Shown here one piece after another: positions 59,866 through 64,000 of a stretch of 64,000 nt of DNA. The position numbers and the translations under genes are program-made. Below the pieces are notes generated by a model. That model ran no database searches. It saw nothing but the letters and a program-made list of their open reading frames with translations, and was not told where the DNA came from. Each line of letters begins with the position of its first letter. Position 1 is the stretch's first letter. This stretch comes from Strigamia acuminata. Lineage: Eukaryota. Where the stretch lies: assembly GCA_949358305.1 (NCBI GenBank), contig OX442314.1, positions 4,402,001 through 4,466,000 on the forward strand, read 5' to 3'.

Positions 59866-62042
59866 TTAATATCGTAAAGGATAAATCTCCTATTCATCTT
59901 GTTTTACTATATGATTTGTCCTATCTTGCTTTAGTTGACCATGTAAATATGTGATAAAGCTCACTTGCTCACTTGTTCTTATGCTTTCAAAGAATAAAGA
60001 TTTTCAAAATTTATTTCCCACTTAGTCAAGCGTGATGAGTTCAATTTTCATATAATTCTTGTGCTGACTAGAGAGCATTATGTTCGATTGACGGATCATC
60101 CTTGGGCCCAAATAACTTACTGGTGTCCATCCTGTGTCGGGACCACACAGTACACAGAAGGTGCAATAAAAGTTTGAATTTATGCACGGAAAAACAAACA
60201 TTTTCCTTTTCAATTAATTTTTCCATTAAAAATTGCAAAACTAAAACTTTGAATGCACTCAGATGTTACCTTAGATATACGAAAAGCTACTACAATCCCT
60301 GTGCCATAGTTTAATAACATTGGTGCTAAAAAATTCACTTCGTCTTCTGGATTATTTAGAAAATACTGAAAATTATAGTAATTGGTATTAGAAATAACTT
60401 GTTCAATTATTAGAAAAAGTTAGATGGTCTCTACGTTCTATCCAAATTAGTTAATTAATTCATTTATTTATTTATTTATGCAACTGTTGCACACGTGCAA
60501 TTAAAACTGTTGGATAACTTTCTGTTTGTAATTTCAAACGACCAGCCACATTCGAGAATTCAAACGCAGACGAAATATCTCGAAATATCCAAATATTGCA
60601 CAGCAGGCCGCATTTGAGCACTCGAATGTCCCCAAAATGTTTCGATTTTTTCTTTGCAAAAGCACGGCAGGTCATTTAATCAAATAAACTTTGAAAAGAT
60701 GCAAATTAATGATAACTTAACCAAAAAAAACAAATTTCACGCTATTCCATCTATTTATGGAAGCACTAAATTTTGGCGTTTCATAATAAGCGCGTAATGA
60801 ATAAGCGTAGAAAAAATTTAAAGTAGACATTTAACAAAAAGACTTATTGAATTGAATAACCGCGGAATTACACAACCAACAATTGAATAAGTGCGGAATG
60901 TAATAATTAGGAACTGAATAACCCCGGAATATTTGTTTAATTTTGATGAAAATTCAATTAAAACATCTTACAAATGTATGAAGCCAATGATTATCAAACA
61001 TGTTTTTATATAAATGTAAACCATACTTCGGAACAGAGGGAGTATTTTTTTGAAATAAATTTACTTTAATCCTACTTTAATCCTAAATGGGGTGGGGTTA
61101 ATCACAAACTTCCGGAGGATAAAGATCTATTAGTCCAGTTGTAGGAACTGCGGTTACATGGTGAGCTTTCTCTATAAAAATAAAAAATAAAAAGTAATAT
61201 ACAGTATTTTTTTGTATACAACTCAAAGACATGAAATTAGAATACACACCTCTGTCAAAACAAAAGTTGTGTTTGAAATTACATCACACAAAAAATAAGC
61301 AACATACAGCCAAATGTTTATTTTTCCCAATACAATGAGCAAAAAAAGAATTAATTAAACAAAATTTGATGGAAATTGATCAAATTTTTCAGAAGTTATC
61401 ATGAAAAATGATTGGGCCCTGCAAGACTCTAAATTAGAATCCTCAAGAATTAGAGGCATGAAATTAGAATATTGAGCAGAAATGCAAATTATAACGTGTA
61501 GTCATCACAAACTCACCTGCAATTAATGAGCTAAGCCCAAATAGTGAATGTATAGTGTGAAAACCGAGGGTTTTACTCATGTATTGTTTTATTGTTGTTC
61601 AGTTTGTCATTTTATTACCATTTAATTCATTCAAGTTCAATTTTAACATTTTGTCATTTTGTATTTTATCTGGTGTTTATTATTTGCATTTATCTCCACT
61701 TTAAACTTCACCTATTTACTTAATTATAATCCCCACCTTCTCACCCTATAACTTCACTTCTTAAACTTCCACTTGACCTTTCTTGGAACCAGCTAATTGA
61801 GGTCAATTAATTCCGCTCTTTAATCAGAGAGCTCCACATACCCTTTTCCCCCCTTTTCTCTAGTCTAAGAATAAAATCACCAGTGTTCTTTTTAACAACT
61901 CAAGAGAAGGTCTCCTTTTATTTTCATCTCCACATCTACATTTCAAACCAAGCACTTTTAGTCAAAATTAAGAGTGTGCATTTCACATATAGTCATGATT
62001 TCTTATTACATTATGCCAATGTCACTTCAAATTTAATCCAAG

Positions 62043-62500
62043 ATGGGAAAGCGATCAGACTTAACTGATCGTTGAAATACCAAAATAATTATTTTATTTT
62101 AACCAAAACTGAAGCAAATTGACATAGTCAAAGCTATTCCTTGCTCCAGTCAACTATGTCAAAAGTTATAAAACAATTTAAGGCAAATGGTGACGAGATT
62201 TTTATCCAGCAAAAATATAAACAACGCGCTCGTAAAACATCGAATACACGGACAACTCTCTTCCTGTGATTGTGAAGAAAAATAGGTTCAAGAATGCTGA
62301 ATAAATAACTGAAGGATGGAAGCAAGCATCTAAAATCCAAGTGTCAACTCGCACAACATTAAAAAGGCTAAAAGAAATGGGATTCAAGTCTCGAGTTCCG
62401 AAACGCAAACCACATCTTAATGCAAAACAGCGAAGAAAACGATTATTGTTGGAAAGTAAACACATGAAATGAACTGTTCATCAGTGGAAAAAAGTCACCA
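62043..62500 (+). pseudogene. Tc1-family transposase relic (N-terminal HTH region)
   Basis: MGKRSDLT...; VSTRTTLKRLKEMGFKSRVPKRKPHL...RL...W with stops and frameshifts. Confidence 0.75.
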
Positions 62501-62908
62501 GGAGGCTCCGTCCGTTCAGAGAATTAAATTCCCAGCTGAGCATGCGTGAAATAACTCATTTCGAAATTATTGCCCTCACCGACGCTTTTAAATAATTAAA
62601 CAAATAATTCCCTTTGAATGAATCAATACAACGCACAAAATAGAAAAACAATTTTTTTCTTCTAAATTAAAAAAATATTGACTTTTCCTTTCTTATTAAT
62701 TCCACTGCTCCTTTGAAAGTTCTCATTGCCTCCTACAACATGAAACCACCACGGGTTATCCGTATGTACCAAATCAATCCCAGCTGGCAAAAAGGTATCA
62801 ACAAACAGCAAAATCCACTCAAATCTTATGCGTTCTAAATTTATTTCTCTTTCCCTAGGTGCCCCCAACTACGCAAAGAAAAAAATTGCCTTCATCAATA
62901 ACAAGAAA

Positions 62909-63741
62909 ATGGCGGACGCCAAGAATGATAAGATATCAATTCCGGGCTTCGATCGGATCCTCAATTCGAAGAAAAACATCGTTTACAGTATCCCGTGGTT
63001 TTTAATCATTTCTTTAAGCGCTCTCACCTGTTCCTACCAAATTTACGACAGATTCTACATCTATTTATCTCGGCCGATCGAAACTCGAATCAATCTAATT
63101 CGAAATTCCTCCGTTAAATTCCCGTCCATAACCCTGTGTCCCGGACCCGGCAATTACATGCCATTGCTCCCCATGAGAATCCAAAGAGCAAAGGAAATGG
63201 GTGTTACATCATTTTGCCCAATAAGTATTTACAGTTTGCTCAATGCGACCTTCAACATTTCTACAGTGTGGGACCTAGTATCGTTTAATGGATCATTGCA
63301 ATCGGCTTCGATAATTTCCGTAAAAAAAAAATATAAAAATACCGTATTTTACTGATTATAATAGAGCTGTGTTATTATTATGGGCGTTTCCAAAAGGGTA
63401 TTTGCTACTTTTGGCCTTATTTTAAAAAATTGTACGGGTTTTATTTGACATTTAACATTGATTTAAATACAAACGGATTAGTCCTCGAATTGTAGCCACC
63501 CTTGAATAGTAGCTGCAACTGAGACACCAAGAATACTGTATTTTTGCAAAAATGGCAGTTTTGAATAAGAGACGCGGTTCTTAATCGATAAAATACCGTA
63601 ATTCAAATTTATTGAAAATAATATTTTTTGGGCTTCAGAGGTCGACGACTCTTCTCGGAGTTGCATTATTCAAACCTCCTGCACTTTCACACGACGTTGT
63701 CACAAAAACTGTGTTCGGCTCGTGTCATACATATTCGTTCA
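62909..63741 (+). CDS. DEG/ENaC gene 3, first coding exons (62909-63319, 63639-63741); incomplete
   Basis: IPGF..W..TM1..YLSRPIET..VKFPSITLCP; next exon TVFGSCHTYS; the acceptor at ~62858 suggests a further upstream exon. Confidence 0.85.
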
Positions 63742-63769
63742 GTAAGTTAATTAGAAAGCAATTGAACCT

Positions 63770-64000
63770 TGCGGCGATCCGGGTTTTTACTTATTAAATT
63801 ATTTAAATTCAATAAGCAATCGTCGTAGAGATGCCGTACAGGACTTCTACTCTGTGGCCAAATGTTTGTCTAGGGGAATGATTTTACACAGAGTAAAGGA
63901 AAAATTAGATAGTTTTAATCGTTCAAAATACAAAGGAGGTATTATTTAAAATGTTTGGGGTCGATCTGGCTTCTTCTTCAAATATACACTCACAGTTGAC
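63770..64000 (-). mobile_element. Start of an LTR related to element C, in an intron of gene 3
   Basis: TGCGGCGATCCGGGTT vs C LTR TGCTGCGATCCGGGTT; shared AATAAGCA and TTGTCTAGGG; truncated by window end. Confidence 0.65.

Overview
AT-rich eukaryotic (probably invertebrate) DNA with short spliceosomal introns. The window holds a + strand tandem cluster of three DEG/ENaC (ASIC/pickpocket-family) channel genes, heavily invaded by young Ty3/gypsy LTR retrotransposons. Genes 1 (1625-23828) and 2 (28848-58998) each encode TWO ENaC subunits in one polypeptide: TM2 of domain 1 and TM1 of domain 2 lie in one exon. Gene 3 (from 62909) runs out of the window. Element A (Mag-like, 3001-17166, minus) sits in intron 2 of gene 1 and is interrupted by non-autonomous element B (5386-14792). 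Element C (29570-55091, minus) splits coding exon 3 of gene 2 and is interrupted by element D (37199-50310), whose gag and pol are intact. B, C and D each carry a large non-env ORF just before the 3' LTR; in C and D it is preceded by same-sense GT-AG introns and a shared 10-mer. A solo LTR, several MITEs and Tc1/Tigger relics fill the rest. Exon models and family assignments are by eye; no database searches were run.
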